Shown here piece after piece: positions 50,135 to 63,390 of a DNA stretch of 64,000 nucleotides (positions are counted from its first letter, which is position 1; each line of letters starts with the position of its first letter). A program made the position numbers and the translations under genes. The notes under the pieces are model-generated. The model saw only the letters and a list, made by a program, of their open reading frames with translations. It searched no databases and had not been told where the DNA came from. This DNA is from Octopus bimaculoides (taxonomy: Eukaryota): positions 51,522,987 through 51,586,986 of the forward strand of contig NC_068982.1 in assembly GCF_001194135.2 (NCBI RefSeq). Reading direction: 5' to 3'.

Positions 50135-51631
50135 CTATTATGTTAAACTGTTGTATGTCCAAATTTGGCCAAATGCATTTTTCATAATATTTATTTTTAC
50201 TTGCAATAGCTGGTTCTTTTGGTCAAACTATCGTATCTCCCGCTGCCAAGATATCAAAAATTATTAAAGTGTAGTACAATCGTTTTGCTATAGAATGGTG
50301 AAACTATTTTTCGTTTTCTGAAAAAGCAATGTTTTGAACTTAGGACACTTTTGCATAATAGTAATGATATATATATATATATATATATATACATACACAC
50401 GTGTGTTTTTGTGTTTATATGAGTGATTTCATATTTTCCTCATCTACACATGTGTTTCACTCATTGGTTGTAAGCAGTACCTTTGCAAGCGGTATTGCTT
50501 ACTTATAGTCTACTATAAAATCTTGTTCAGGCTACTTGACATGTTTTGACATGTTGCACAACTTTTGTGAGCAAAAGGTTAGTTTTGGTGTAATTTGTTT
50601 CTAGGTCTCCATATAAGCATGTCCAGACTGTTTGTTGTTCAAATGACTGGGAGATTATTACCTTACCCAGAAATAGATCTGACTTGATGACTGGAAGGGC
50701 GTCCAACCATTAGAACATTTTTCCCCAACATACTCTCATCTGACACATACAATCGTGGAAAAGCGGACATTGAAATGTTTATGATATACGTTGCTGTTTA
50801 AACATTTTAGCTTGTAAGTGTCACTCTAATATGGCTTTCTTAAATTTAAGAATAATTACTTACATATTGCATCTGCAATGATGCAGTTGAGAAAACCTTG
50901 CGAGAATTAATTACCTTTTAAATATTTGATTCCCCCCCCCCCTGCCACTGGTTAACATTCTTATATAGAATCTTAATTATTTTTAATGAAATTATCATGT
51001 ACTGAAATTAGTTGTTGAATTACAATCAAGCAGGTTTATGGAAAGTGTTTCTTTAGTTTTGTTTTAAAATGACACTAAAGAATACTAGGAAAGAAAAAAA
51101 ATGAGTAATTGAATCTCTTTGATTAGCTTTCCTTCTGGCATTGACCTACATTTTTATTTCAGTAAAGTGCTTAGGCATTCAGCTAATATATTTATTCATA
51201 AACACTTTTTCTCTCAAGGGACAAAGTTGTTAACTTCATAAACACAGTATTGTCTTTAAACAAGACAAAATAGGGAAAGGATGGGAATCATTAGATAACT
51301 ACAAAATCATTAGCTCAAACTGACAGATATTGTGGATTAGAAAAAAAATTATTATCCTGTGTAATGTTATATTCAAATATTGTGGCATCATACACAAGAT
51401 TACCATCAAGAACTACATGTAACTGTCGGTATTAATAAGCTGGATCCATTTCTCTATCATTTATTTGTTTTGTAAAAAGATCTTGCCTAAGCTGATTACT
51501 ACTATCACTGGAAGATGGTTTTGTTTGCTTAATGGATGCTTGCAGCTGTAGAAGTAAAAAAAAGTTCTAAGATTGGTAGCTGGGTGTGGCAATTATGCTT
51601 TATTGGTTTAATATATGTCTATGCATGCATG

Positions 51632-51677
<46 letters not shown>

Positions 51678-52005
51678 CAAAAAATATTTCCATTTTATAC
51701 ATTTCAAGCTTTCATGTGAGATTATAAACACAACTTCAACATAAGTAATACAAACATTGTTATGTGTTATTTGAAATGAAATGTTAGTATAAATACTAGT
51801 CCCTTTGTTTTAAGGTGACTTTGGTAATATATAATAATTCATCTCTAAATGTAACTTCAAATAAATCCTTGGCACTGTTTGAATTATTATTATTACATTT
51901 TTTTTTTATGAGAAATTCTTTTCCTTAGGCTTTTTAGTTGAATTTTAAAATTATATTTAGGGGCAGTTTTGATGTCATGTGATTTGTTTTCACTAGCTTT
52001 GTCAG

Positions 52006-52038
52006 ATGATGGGAGCAAGTGTGTTGCCTTCTATAAAT
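52006..52038 (+). CDS. Candidate 33-nt micro-exon (DGSKCVAFYK in phase 1, or MMGASVLPSIN in phase 0)
   Basis: Acceptor TTTGTTTTCACTAGCTTTGTCAG and donor AT|GTAAGA. Length is a multiple of 3. Confidence 0.25.
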
Positions 52039-53161
52039 GTAAGATGACCTCATGATCTATGTTTAGTAATTTTACTTAGAACAACACAATCTGCTTGGTT
52101 TGGTTGCTATGTAAAGATAATTACCTAGCTTGATATATGGATAGAAAATTCATCTGAAAGGCCAACAATAATGAATGCAATCAGAACGAGGAAAACTAAA
52201 ACAGCAATGGCAATGATATTTCTACATCTAAGAATGTTACTTCCCTACTTGTCAAATTTAGAAGTGATCTTGGTATAATATATATAGTCAAAGTGACAAA
52301 TGACTGCATTTTTTTTCTCATATCATTCTGCGATAAGTATCTTGTGGGTCATTCATTTATTTTTATGATTTAGTGTGATGGTATTTCCTCAACAAATGGA
52401 AATTATTAAATTAGTTTTTCTTTTTTAAGATGTTCTGATAAAGATCGAGGGAGATAAAGCTGCTATTTTTAACAGATTATTTGACTAATAAGACTTATTT
52501 CTTTCTGAGCCAACAGTCTGGACACTAGTGAGAGAATACCACTTGCCCCAGACTTCCACTCAACACTACATACTGTATATTAGAGAGTGCTGTGGTTCAC
52601 TGGCTATATACTTAACTTAGGCACTGCTCAGTTCAGTGCTGACTCAGTCCCACAAAAACAAATCAGTTTTCAGTTGTCAAACTGTATTAATTATCAAATA
52701 CAATTTTTTATTTTCCACCTGGAACAAAATAAAACAGTTTCAACATGTGTAAATAAAAGAATCATGTTTATAGCCATCCAAAGCCAGTCATTTGCCAGTG
52801 GATAATAAAAAGGTAGAAATATCTGAAAATCTCGTTGTTGAAATTCCAATATTTCAGCATTTAAAAAAAAAAAAATCCCTTTTTTCAGATACAATGAGAA
52901 GAGTTAGTCAGTTCAAAGCCTACTCAACCTGTCCCACGAGTTGAGCAGATTGGCTTTAAAAGATAAAAATAAAAGTTACCAATACATTAGAAATCTTTTT
53001 TTTTTTCTTTTTGTTCATTTGGCCATCTTACATTAATATTCATGTATAATATTTGGTATATAACCACTATATTGCTAGTTTTTCCAAATGAGAAAAAGTA
53101 AACAATCTATTGATGGAAAAGGATTTCAAGAAAAATTTTATTTGGTATAAAAAATATTTAT

Positions 53162-53393
53162 TTCTTTATTGCCCACAAGGGGCTAAACATAGAGGGGACA
53201 AACAAGGATAGACAAAGGGATTAAGTCGATTACATCAACCTCAGTGCATAACTGGTACTTATTTAATCGACCCCGAAAAGATGAAAGGCAAAGTCGACCT
53301 CAGCAGAATTTGAACTCAGAACGTAACAGCAGATGAAATACTGCTAAGCATTTCACCCAGCATGCAAACAATTCTGCCAGCTCACCGCCTTAA
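53162..53393 (-). mobile_element. SINE family B, best-preserved copy
   Basis: Minus strand gives GGCGGTGAGCTGGCAGAAT (A-box-like), GAGTTCAAATTC (B-box), core GTCGACTTTGCCTTTCATC...GATTAAATAAGTACCAG and tail GTGGGCAATAAAGAAATAA. Confidence 0.9.
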
Positions 53394-54266
53394 AAAATAT
53401 AAAGTATAAAAAATATTGAATTTGTGAATACCATCAGACAAATTAACATATTGACATATATCTCTTACATAGCTTACAAATGAGGGAACTTTCTACTTGA
53501 CCATTTGGCTTGCTAGAAATAACAGCAAAATCTCCCTTGAATCAAACTATACTGTATCAAAAGAAAAATTGGGGGTACATTGTACAATGTAGTCTTTGAT
53601 ATATAAAAAGTTATGTGTGATTATAATCAATGTTAACTTGAAGATAAATGATATTTAACATAATTATTGATAAATCATTCTTTCACTTGCATGCCCAAGA
53701 TTGCAAATTTTAAAGGGATATGTTGTACCTGATTGGATATGTGGTACTTATTTTATTGACTCTCATTCAAGGAATGAAAGGTAAAGTCATTTACAAACAA
53801 GATTTAAATACAGAACATAGCGGTTAAAGTAGTTAGACTATCGAATTAAATCCACTATCTTAGGGAACTTGTGAGGGTCTATATCAGCAACTTGTGATGA
53901 TCTTCATAAGCAACAAGTGGTCTATATGAGAATTTATAGGTAAACCTGGTAAACTCAATTATTATGAAAGGTGAGGACTCATAACCAGTAAAATGATAAT
54001 TAAGACATGAGGATGAAAGAATAGCAGAAATAGCTGAGAAATGGTCTAAAAAAGGTTTCTAACTCTTGTTGGTAGAGTGAGTTCACAAGGAGGTGGAAAA
54101 TACCAAGGTACTTTATGAGAGTAGGGCTGAATATTTTAATCAGGTACAATACTTATATTTTAAAGACATTCTCAAAAAAATCTTCGAATTGGACATTGTG
54201 TTATTAGTGAACAGAAACATTATTGATGATGTGTCAATAATTTCATTATATAAGTCACTATTTTCT

Positions 54267-54496
54267 TTTACCCTTTAACATTTAAACAGGTCATATAGCA
54301 GCCCAAATATTCTACCTTTTTTTCTGTTGAACCCAACCACACCTGGTCTCTCACACCTACACTACAATGCCATTCTAAATACAAACAATGCCATCGTTGA
54401 AATCTCAAAGCTATGAGATAATGCATGATTAATTCAAAACAATGTCAATAAATAAATATCAAATTTGACAGTGGAATCTGAATGTTAAAGGGTTAA
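54267..54496 (-). mobile_element. piggyBac-type MITE family P1
   Basis: Runs TTTA|CCCTTTAACATT to AATGTTAAAGGG|TTAA. Confidence 0.85.
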
Positions 54497-54752
54497 TAAT
54501 TTCCATAAAAAATTTAACATAAAAGGCAATAATTGACACAAATTGAGAAAAATAGTACATGTTGCATGGCACAATACAAGAAAATATAGATAATAAAGCA
54601 CTGTGTGAAAAGTAGCTTCTGTTTAAACAATCTGTTTCTGTTGAGGGGAAAGGTTGTGTGTGTTTTACCAAAATGTTTGTAAAATGTTTTGTTGTATCTT
54701 GGGAGAATCATTATATCAATAATAAACACATGCTCTAGTTCTATTTCACTTC

Positions 54753-54965
54753 TTTATTACTTCCACCTTAGCAAAGGCAGAGGTATTATTTTCAGTTGTG
54801 CTTGTTTGTTTGTCCGTGGACAAAATATCTCAAGAACTGCTGGATCAATTTGGATGAAACTTTCAGCAATGTTTGGCCTCGTGATTGGCATGAACTGATT
54901 AGATTTTGGGATCAGTCCAGTAACGGACAAGGATTCTGGATTATTTTTCCAGTTTTTCTTACTTA
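54753..54965 (+). mobile_element. 5' part of a Helentron-associated non-autonomous element (HINE/DINE-1-like)
   Basis: T-rich start TTTATTAC, subterminal hairpin-like CCACCTTAGCAAAGGCAGAGG, short GTTT/GTCC repeats, then ATATCTCAAGAAC...GGATCAATTTGGATGAAACTTT. This matches the HINE layout as I recall it. No 3' end was found. Confidence 0.55.
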
Positions 54966-54979
54966 ATCTTTGAGAGCAG

Positions 54980-55219
54980 TTGAGTATGTGTGGGGTATGA
55001 GCACGTGTCTGGAATATGAACATGCGTGTGCATGTTTGTGAGGAGTATACTTGTGTATATAAGGAGTACAACTATGCATGTGTGTGTGTGTGTGCATGGG
55101 TGAAGTATGAGCTTGCATGTGTATGTTTGTACAGAGTACAAGCATGCATGTGTATGTGGAATATGTGCATGTGTGTATATGTGTGTGATGTATGTGTGTA
55201 TGCGAGGAGTATGATCATG

Positions 55220-55255
<36 letters not shown>

Positions 55256-55570
55256 GTATGTGTGTATGTGAGGAGTATGATCATGCATGTGTGTGTGTGT
55301 GTGTGGAGCATGAGCACGCATGTGTATGCAGAGTACGCATGCCTGTACTCCTCACATACACATGCTCATACTACACACATACACATGCATGTTCGTACTC
55401 CACACATGCTCATACTACACACACTCACACACACATACACTCATACTTTACATATACACACACATGCTCATACTCTACACATGTGTGCACATACCTCACT
55501 TATACACATGCATGCACATACACATAGGCATGTGTGCTCATACTGACACACATGCACTTGCTTACATGCA
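54980..55570. repeat. Degenerate minisatellite that switches strand at ~55340 (fold-back)
   Basis: Left arm units ~TGTGTATGTGAGGAGTATGATCATGCA. Right arm units ~ACTCCTCACATACACATGCTCAT, their reverse complement. Centre GAGTACGCATGCCTGTACTC at 55331-55350. Confidence 0.85.
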
Positions 55571-56047
55571 CATTTGCATTTGTCTACATGCACAATTTTC
55601 ACTGTTAACTTTTACTTATTTATATATTTAATTATTTTTTTGCTCACTTCCTTTTTTAGCTTTGCAATTTTATACCATTTATCAATCTATATTCTCTGTA
55701 TGTATATACATACATTCTATACATACTTCCATTCTCTTAATTAGGTTTGCCTTCAAACAGGAATTGATATCTTACTCTTAGTTGATTATATTTAATCACC
55801 ACTTATTGTTTAAGCATTTAAGAAATTAAAAGTAAAATGGAATGTTTTTTTTTTTTGTTTTGTTTCCTTTCAAAAAGGGCTGTACTTGAAATATCAGAAC
55901 TATCCTCTCTTCCCTCACAACACAGCTTATTAACTAATGAGGAAGCTTCTAAATGGTTATGTGATCTGCTTGAATCAATAACCAAATCTCCCTCAAATCC
56001 CATTCTTTTATATCACTTGTTTTTTGGTTTTTTTTCATATACTTACA

Positions 56048-56395
56048 TTGACTGTGTGGTTAAGAAGCTTGCTTTACAACCACGTGGTTTTGGGTTCAGT
56101 CTCACTGTGCAGCACTTTGGGTAAGTGACTTCTGCTGTGGACCAGGACCAACCAGTTCCTTGTGAGTGAATTTGATTGATTGAAACTGTGTAGAAGCCTT
56201 TTGTATATACATGTATGTTTGTGCTTGTGCCTCCTCCTCCACCACCATTGACAACTGTTGTTGATTTGTTTATATCCCTATAACTTAGCAGTTGAGTAAA
56301 AGAGATAAATAGAATAAGTGCTAGATTTAAGGAAACAAATAAGTGCTGAGTCGATTTGTTTGACTAAATGCCCTCAAGGTGTTTAGTCCCCCAGT
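56048..56395 (+). mobile_element. SINE family A copy
   Basis: Head ACTGTGTGGTTAAGAAGCTTGC...GGGTTCAGTCTCACTG plus body. Confidence 0.85.
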
Positions 56396-56828
56396 ATGTT
56401 AGTCCATTTCTAATGTTAGCCACTTGTTAGATCTCATTGACTTAGCCCCTTCCCCTGAAATATCTGGCCTCATGCTAAAATTTAAAATTATTATTAATAT
56501 TATAGTTATTGTTTCTGGTGATGGCAGGTTTAAAACTAAAAATTTACTTGATTGATATTAAACTGTTAATCTGAAACCTCAATACAGAAACCCCAGGGTT
56601 TATAATCCTGCAAACTGCATGACAGCCTCACTAGTGATGGTAGCACGAAAAAAGCACCCAGTACATGTTTGTAAAGTAGTTTACTGTTAGGAAGGACATT
56701 TAGCCATAGAAATTTTGCCAAAGCAGACACTGGAGCAGGATGCAGTTTGTGGACCCATCAAATCCTGTCAAATTGTCCAACTTGTACCAGCAGAGAACAC
56801 GGATGTTAAATGATGATGATGATATATG

Positions 56829-57034
56829 TACAAGAGGATGCTGAAAAGCTCCTGGCTTTAGGTAAAAGAAAATATTTATGATCTTATTCAACATATTTCC
56901 CTCTCAGATTCACACACTTATTGCAGTGGTCCTTCAGTTTTTCTAAGCCCTGTAAAAGAACTTGAAAGGTTGGGCCTCCAACCAGGCCTTTCACAATACC
57001 CTTAAAGCCAGGAACTTTTCAGCACCCCCTTATA
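56829..57034 (-). mobile_element. Mariner-derived MITE keeping the transposase C-terminus
   Basis: Ends TA|CAAGAGGATGCTGAAAAGCTCCTGGCTTTA and TAAAGCCAGGAACTTTTCAGCACCCCCTTA|TA form ~30-bp inverted repeats. Minus strand reads QGLEKLKDHCNKCVNLRGKYVE*. Confidence 0.9.
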
Positions 57035-57390
57035 TGTATTACTCTACCAGAAAGCTCAGTTGTTTTACTGTGAACAGTGTAATTGATAGCTAGGATGTTT
57101 GGATTTTTTTCCTATGCTGGATATGTCAAGCATTGAGAATACAGTTAATTTTGTTGCACATCAGTTTTAAAAGTTTGAATTTTTCTTTTTTCTACATGCT
57201 GTCATGGGTTTGATATGATATGTAGAAAAAAGTCTGTTAGTAATGGTGGATGGATTTGACCTTTTCACTTTCTGTTAAAAAATAAAAAAAAAAAAGGAAA
57301 CTTTGAAGGATATTATAACAATATAGGCAAGTGTTTTACAGAAGGCATCAAGGAAATTCATATTTTTTTTTAATCAAATCTGTGCATACC

Positions 57391-57448
<58 letters not shown>

Positions 57449-57788
57449 TCAACATGCACTTTTTTTTTCTGGTAGCTATATATTAAAAGCTGTAGTAAAA
57501 CTATAAAGCATTAAAAGCAATAAAATGTCTATATTCTGAACATTTTTTAAATAAATTTAGAAATCATTCAACCCATCTTATCTAAGTATTTTGTTCTTTT
57601 ACAGAATATTTTTTTTTTAATCCTTGTTAAGTTTCATTTCTGAGACAATAGATATTGGTTAAGCTTGTGAAATACATTCTTTAGAAATTAAAATCAATGA
57701 TTAATTAATGTATTATCATTTTAAAAGTGAAGTTATTGGAAAAAAAAACAAAAAGAGACTGTAAAGTTAATTCTTACTCTTTTGGCAG

Positions 57789-57813
57789 TGTATGGGCAAC
57801 TTCAGAGTAGACT
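57789..57813 (+). CDS. Candidate 25-nt micro-exon (YGQLQSR, phase 1-2)
   Basis: Acceptor TTCTTACTCTTTGGCAG and donor CT|GTAAGT. Confidence 0.25.
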
Positions 57814-57881
57814 GTAAGTAACAGTGAATAAAACATGCAATAAAGTTTTGATTAAAACTTTTTGAAGATATATACACTATA

Positions 57882-58280
57882 TAGATATGGTTGTGTGGTA
57901 AAAAGCTTGCTTTCCAACCACATTGGTTCCAAGTTCAGTCCCACTGCATTGGCACCTTGGGCAAGCGTCTTTTACTATAGCCTCAGGCAGACCAAATCCT
58001 TTGTGAGTGGATTTAGTAGATAGAAACTGAAAGAGGCCCATTGTGTATATATATATTATTTATATATATATTTGTGTGTCTGTATGTTCCCTCACCATTG
58101 CTTGACAACTAGTTTTGGTGTGTTTACATCCCCATAACTTAGTGGTTCAGCAAAAGATACTGATAGAATAAATACCAGGCTTACAAAGAATAAGTCCTGG
58201 GGTTGATTTCTTCAATTAAAAAAACCTTTAAGGTGGTGCTCCAGCATGGTTGCAGTCTAATGATTGAAACAAGTAAAAGA
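57882..58280 (+). mobile_element. SINE family A copy, near complete
   Basis: Head ATGGTTGTGTGGTAAAAGCTTGC, internal (TA)n and tail GAAACAAGTAAAAGAATAAA. Confidence 0.9.
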
Positions 58281-58930
58281 ATAAACGAATATATAAGAAC
58301 TTTTTGCTTTTTAAAGTTAGAGAAAGGACAAAAAGTACTTAGAAACGGATTTTTAACACAAATCGAACTAGAAATGTTTCATCCAATAACTATTTTTCAA
58401 TGCTATTTTTTTTTACTCTAAATTAAAGGATTGAAAAGATTAGTTTTAGTTACACTAATTTGTATTTAATGTATCCACCATTTTGGATAAGTCTGCAATA
58501 TAGTTATCCAAAATATTCTGGAACCTAGCTGCTTGTCAGTTTTCTTCTGTCCAAAGTCACACACATCATCATCGTTTAACATCCACTTTCCATGCTAGCA
58601 TGGGTTGGACGATTTGACTGAGGACTGGCAAACCAGAAGGCTGCACCAGGCTCCAATCTGATATCTATTTATAATGTGTGTGTGTGTGTTGGTTATACTC
58701 TCTTCTCCTTAGAAAAATATTGATGCTTTTTCAATATTATCCCCTCATAGTTTTGAATGTCATTTTTCCATTAGCTCTTTTCACATAACTGTATATAGAT
58801 TGCCATCTTTTCATTGACTTTTCTGTTGTTTGTTTGTTGTTGTTGTTGTTGTTGTTGTTCAGCTCCAGGTTAACTATGATCTAGCCAGATGATGATCAAA
58901 GGCGTTTCACCCATAACCATGTATTTTCCA

Positions 58931-59205
58931 GGCTTTAAAGTAAACTTAACTCAAACTGAAGTTATGCTTAGTAGAAAAGAAGACCTGTGTCTCTGCTGCT
59001 AACAGGGAAATGGCCATGCTTGGTATATATTATTAAAAAAAAAGTGTTGGTAGAAACTCCATATTGTGTGTCCAGGGTAAAGAATGGATATACAAGAGGT
59101 ATAGTGTGATCTGAGATGCTTGAATATGAGATAGTTATTCAACTCATCAGATCCTGTGAAACCATCCAACCCTTGCCAGCATGGAAAATTAATATAAAAT
59201 GACAA
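58931..59205 (+). pseudogene. RTE LINE RT-region fragment joined to an RTE-type 3' tail
   Basis: Reads GFKVNLTQTEVMLSRK, GKWPC and VGRNSILCVQGKEWIYKR (cf. GVGSNSILCVQCKKWVHKRC), then CCATCCAACCCTTGCCAGCATGGAAAA. Confidence 0.75.
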
Positions 59206-62200
59206 TGAGTGTACCCCAGACTACATCATACTATTTATGTTCTTTAAAAAAGAGCAGATGGTAAGGTGTGACACGAGGGAGATTTTGTCTTAAAAAGATG
59301 GTGGTTGCATTTGAAACACTCTTCAGAAAAAATAGACTGGGTGGTCAAATTGGAATACTTAAGGAAAATGGGATGGTCACAGAACACTTTTCAAAGACAT
59401 GCCAAAGATTCATGATGTTTTAATCTTCACATTGACATGCATAGTCAATCATGTCAAAAGATCCAATGAACACAGCTGTGAAAAGAGCCAATACAAAAAG
59501 ATATTCAATGCATCAGCTATGAGAGGTACTACTGAAAATGCACTGAAGTCTCATTTGTCTTAATAAAAAGAAATTATTTAACCTAAGTGTATTATTGTAC
59601 CTAAGTACAATAAGTGTACCTAAAGTGTATTATTGATTTAAATAAAGGTTTCTAAAAATACAATGTCTTCAAATGAAATTTGAATAATTTCAATCCACAT
59701 ATAATTAATAAAAATATTTTTATTTTTGCTGAGAAACTTAATTCCTGCATCAGTAAATTTTCTAATAAACATTTTGCCAATTTACTGCCCTCGATTATTA
59801 CTTTTTTTTTTTTTTTTACCTCAAAAGATGAAAGGTAATGTTCACCTAGTTCATACTTGAACTCGGAACACAGCATTAAAACAAATACCAAGAGGTATTC
59901 TAACCAACACCCAAATGACTCTGTGCGTATACCTCCAATCACATTATCATTTTATGTATTAGAATAATCAATTTCCTTATAAAATTCACTTTTAACATAT
60001 TTGTTTCTCTACTTCTTTTGTTATTCATTTACAAGAGTGATCTGACTTACTGCTTTTCAGTTATTTTTATGCTCTATGATTACACTAATCACTCACTATA
60101 TTTGACCTGGAAAGATTGGAGCTGTTACAGAATCCAATTTTATCTGTTTTAGCCTATCCTATCAATATTTACATGGTTCTGAATGAGTATGCAAACTTTC
60201 TTTATTTTTTTTTCTTTAGACATATCAGTTCTACCAATTAAAATGTAGTGTCTTCAAACTTTCGCTTGGGATAGTAGATTTCTAAAATAAATCGGTTGTT
60301 TTGATTAACATTAGGATGACCTGCCAAAAATGCACTGCTTTCACATATCTGTAGTCTGTTTCAACTAATTATTTCAATTAGTAATTCTAGCTGTTGGCTT
60401 AAATTCCTTTCTCTTGTTCAATGTAGAATGTATATGAAAAATATAAACACAGGGCCATGGGAAAGAAAAACAAAAATCAATTTTTACCCTCATTTTTCTC
60501 TTGGGTGTCAATATGGCTCAAATTTTTTGCTGCTTTTGTTTTTCCTTTTTGTTGAAGTTGGTTATGGAGGCTATAAATTATATCATTGTTTCCACTCTAG
60601 CATTTAAAGACAAGAATTTGTTAAAATGATTTCAGCCTCCTTTTAAGTTTTGACTTAAATATATTCTATTTTCTTATAGATCTCTTCAGTATATTAATAT
60701 TTATTGTATTTTTTTATGATGATCTGTTCAGTAATTATGGATGTTAAATGGCTTTCGTAATGCATCCTACAATATTTTCAGTTTCAGTTAGCATGTAAAA
60801 ATCAATAAAAGGTTAAAACAATGACTAGTGGGGCAGTATAAAATGCCACAGTATATCCATTTATGTTGTTGTTTACCCACAGGAGACCTGTTCAAGCAGA
60901 CATGTGGTCAAATGTATTCTAGCTATGATCAATGAGCCTTTTTTATATCAGGGAGTGTATTGTTTAATGTATCTTTTTTTTTTCTCTATGTTAATACAGT
61001 TTTGTGTAAGGTTTCATTAGCCTGTCCCAGTAGTTATCTCATCAATAAGTGTACTATATGCCTTATTTTTCAACTAAACAAAACACAGCACTTATGAATA
61101 ACATCAATGCTTAATTTTTTTGTTTTTTTACTGCTCTTTCACTTTATTCTGTAATTATATCAGAACAGGACATTTTGTTTTGACTTCAGTGCAAAAATAT
61201 TGTGTTGCTAATCCTGACTGTAATTCTATAATACTTCTTCACTTTGTACTTCAAAGCTCTTATAGGCCATTCATTCACACTAATCATACTATTGTTTACC
61301 AATATCTAAATTACTGACTACATTTGTTATATTAAAACAAATATTTTATATCATTTATGATTCCCTATAGTTGATATCACTGATGACTAGGTTTTTGGAT
61401 ATGCTTATACCACATTACTGATAGTTTTTCTGTTATCTCCAAACCAAGCTGTTTCTGCTGAAGATATTGTGAGGTTAAAGTAACTACCTTTTTAACCAGT
61501 TGGTAGTTCAAATTGCTTAAAATAAATGTAAAACCAATGGCTGCACCATGATAAAAATTCTTTCAATTGGTTAGTTAGCAAACTTCAGTTTCTCAAATTA
61601 TAAAAGCATTATTAAAAAATAAGACCAGAGCTGATACTAAATCTCAAATGTCAATTTGATGTATAATTTTTCTTCCCTAATTTGTCAAAATTTAAGTATC
61701 CATGATAAAAATATGAAACTGTCATTTTGTTTTCTTTTCTCTCACATAAAAATCTTGTTTATGGGTTTTCTCACAGTCTTATTTCTTTGAATGCTCCTGC
61801 TATCTTAGTAAAGGCAATAATTAAATTATTCTATAATTTTATAGGACGTTTCCTTATCACTGTTGAGGAGTGCCTACATATGACTATATAAAGTTATTTT
61901 TCAGAAAATAAATCCAACTAGTTGTTTGTTGCTTTCAAAACATTTTTAGTAATGAAGTAAAAGGCCATTAGATTGTTGGAAAATAGTTAATAGCTGCTTT
62001 TTTCGTATGTGGGATGATCTGTCTTGTAAAAACATACTTCATTCACAATGTGTGACCTAATTAAGTGTCTGTGTGACCAAATTGATAACTAATTGGTATA
62101 ATTTCAATTTAGAGGAAATAATGACTGTCAGATCACCTCATAAGTAATGTTTGTTTTCATTTTCAATAGCAATATACATTTGTAAACTTTGTATGTAGTT

Positions 62201-62939
62201 GTACTGATAAAGGTTCCTGCTATATTTTCTAATTCATATTATCTTCAATCATTCATTGGATGGATGAAGATAATTTACATAATTAAGAAAGAACAAAAAC
62301 TTATAAATTATATCTGAGAACGAGTAAGATTTACATAGAATACATTGAGCCAATGAAAGAGCCTCTTCTGGATTGCTTTCTCTGCTTGCAACATCAGCCA
62401 AACCTCTTGCAAATTATATTCTACTATGTTAAAGAAGGGTCTTAGACAATATAATGCCTAATGTACAAGGAAGATGGGCTGGTCATGGTTGGAAAGCCAT
62501 TGATCAATTGACCTGGGGATAAACAACAAATACCTTTGTTATTGATTTACTATTGGGGAATGGGTTGTTGTCTTGGACTTTATAAATTTTCCAAGACTGA
62601 TAAAACTATAGTTATTCCTTTGAATAGTCTTAGCTCTTTTTATGCATACAAAGTCTTAATAAGTATTTATTAAAGGACATGAATGCTCAAAAGTGAAATT
62701 TCTTTTCTCCTCATGACAAAAATATTTCTTTCAGTTACAATGCTTCTCCTAAAAGATTTCCTTTTTTAAGAACTTTGGGACTAGTTTGAATTAGGACAGA
62801 TGTTGGCAGTTTGAGTGCCCACAGCCCTTGGGGATGCAAGATGGCATTTCAGGGAGTACAATAAAGAGGGGAAGAATGTATTATTAAAATTGCTTTTCAG
62901 AATAAAATTATTAGCTTAAAAGAAAATTATTATTCTATA

Positions 62940-63160
62940 GGCACAGGCATGGCTGTGAGGTTAAGAACTTCACTTTGCAACCACATGGCTTCAGGTTCAA
63001 TCCCATTGTGTGGCATCTTGGACTAGTGTTTCCTATTATAGCTCTGGATGATCCAATGCTTTGAGAGTGAATTTGGTTGACAGAAATTGTGTGATAGCTC
63101 ATTGTGTGTGTGTGTGTGTGTGTAAATATATATATATATATATATATATANNNNNNNNNN

Positions 63161-63198
<38 letters not shown>

Positions 63199-63390
63199 TA
63201 TACATTTGTGTATGTGTCATTGTGTTTGTTTTGGTCCCTTCCCCCACTGCTCAACAACTGGTGTTGGTTTGTTTACATTCCTGTAATTTAGCAGTTTGAC
63301 AAGAGAACCAATAGAATAAATACTGGGGTAGATTTGTTCAACTGAACCCTTGAAGATGGTGCTCCAGCATGGCCACAGTTCAATGACTGA
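62940..63390 (+). mobile_element. SINE family A copy with internal (GT)n(TA)n and a gap
   Basis: Head GGCACAGGCATGGCTGTGAGGTTAAGAA and body GCTCCAGCATGGCCACAGTTCAATGACTG. Confidence 0.9.

Noticed and set aside
49080-50267. The longest ORFs in the track (341-395 aa)
   Set aside because: They consist mostly of the N gap plus (TA)n flanks.
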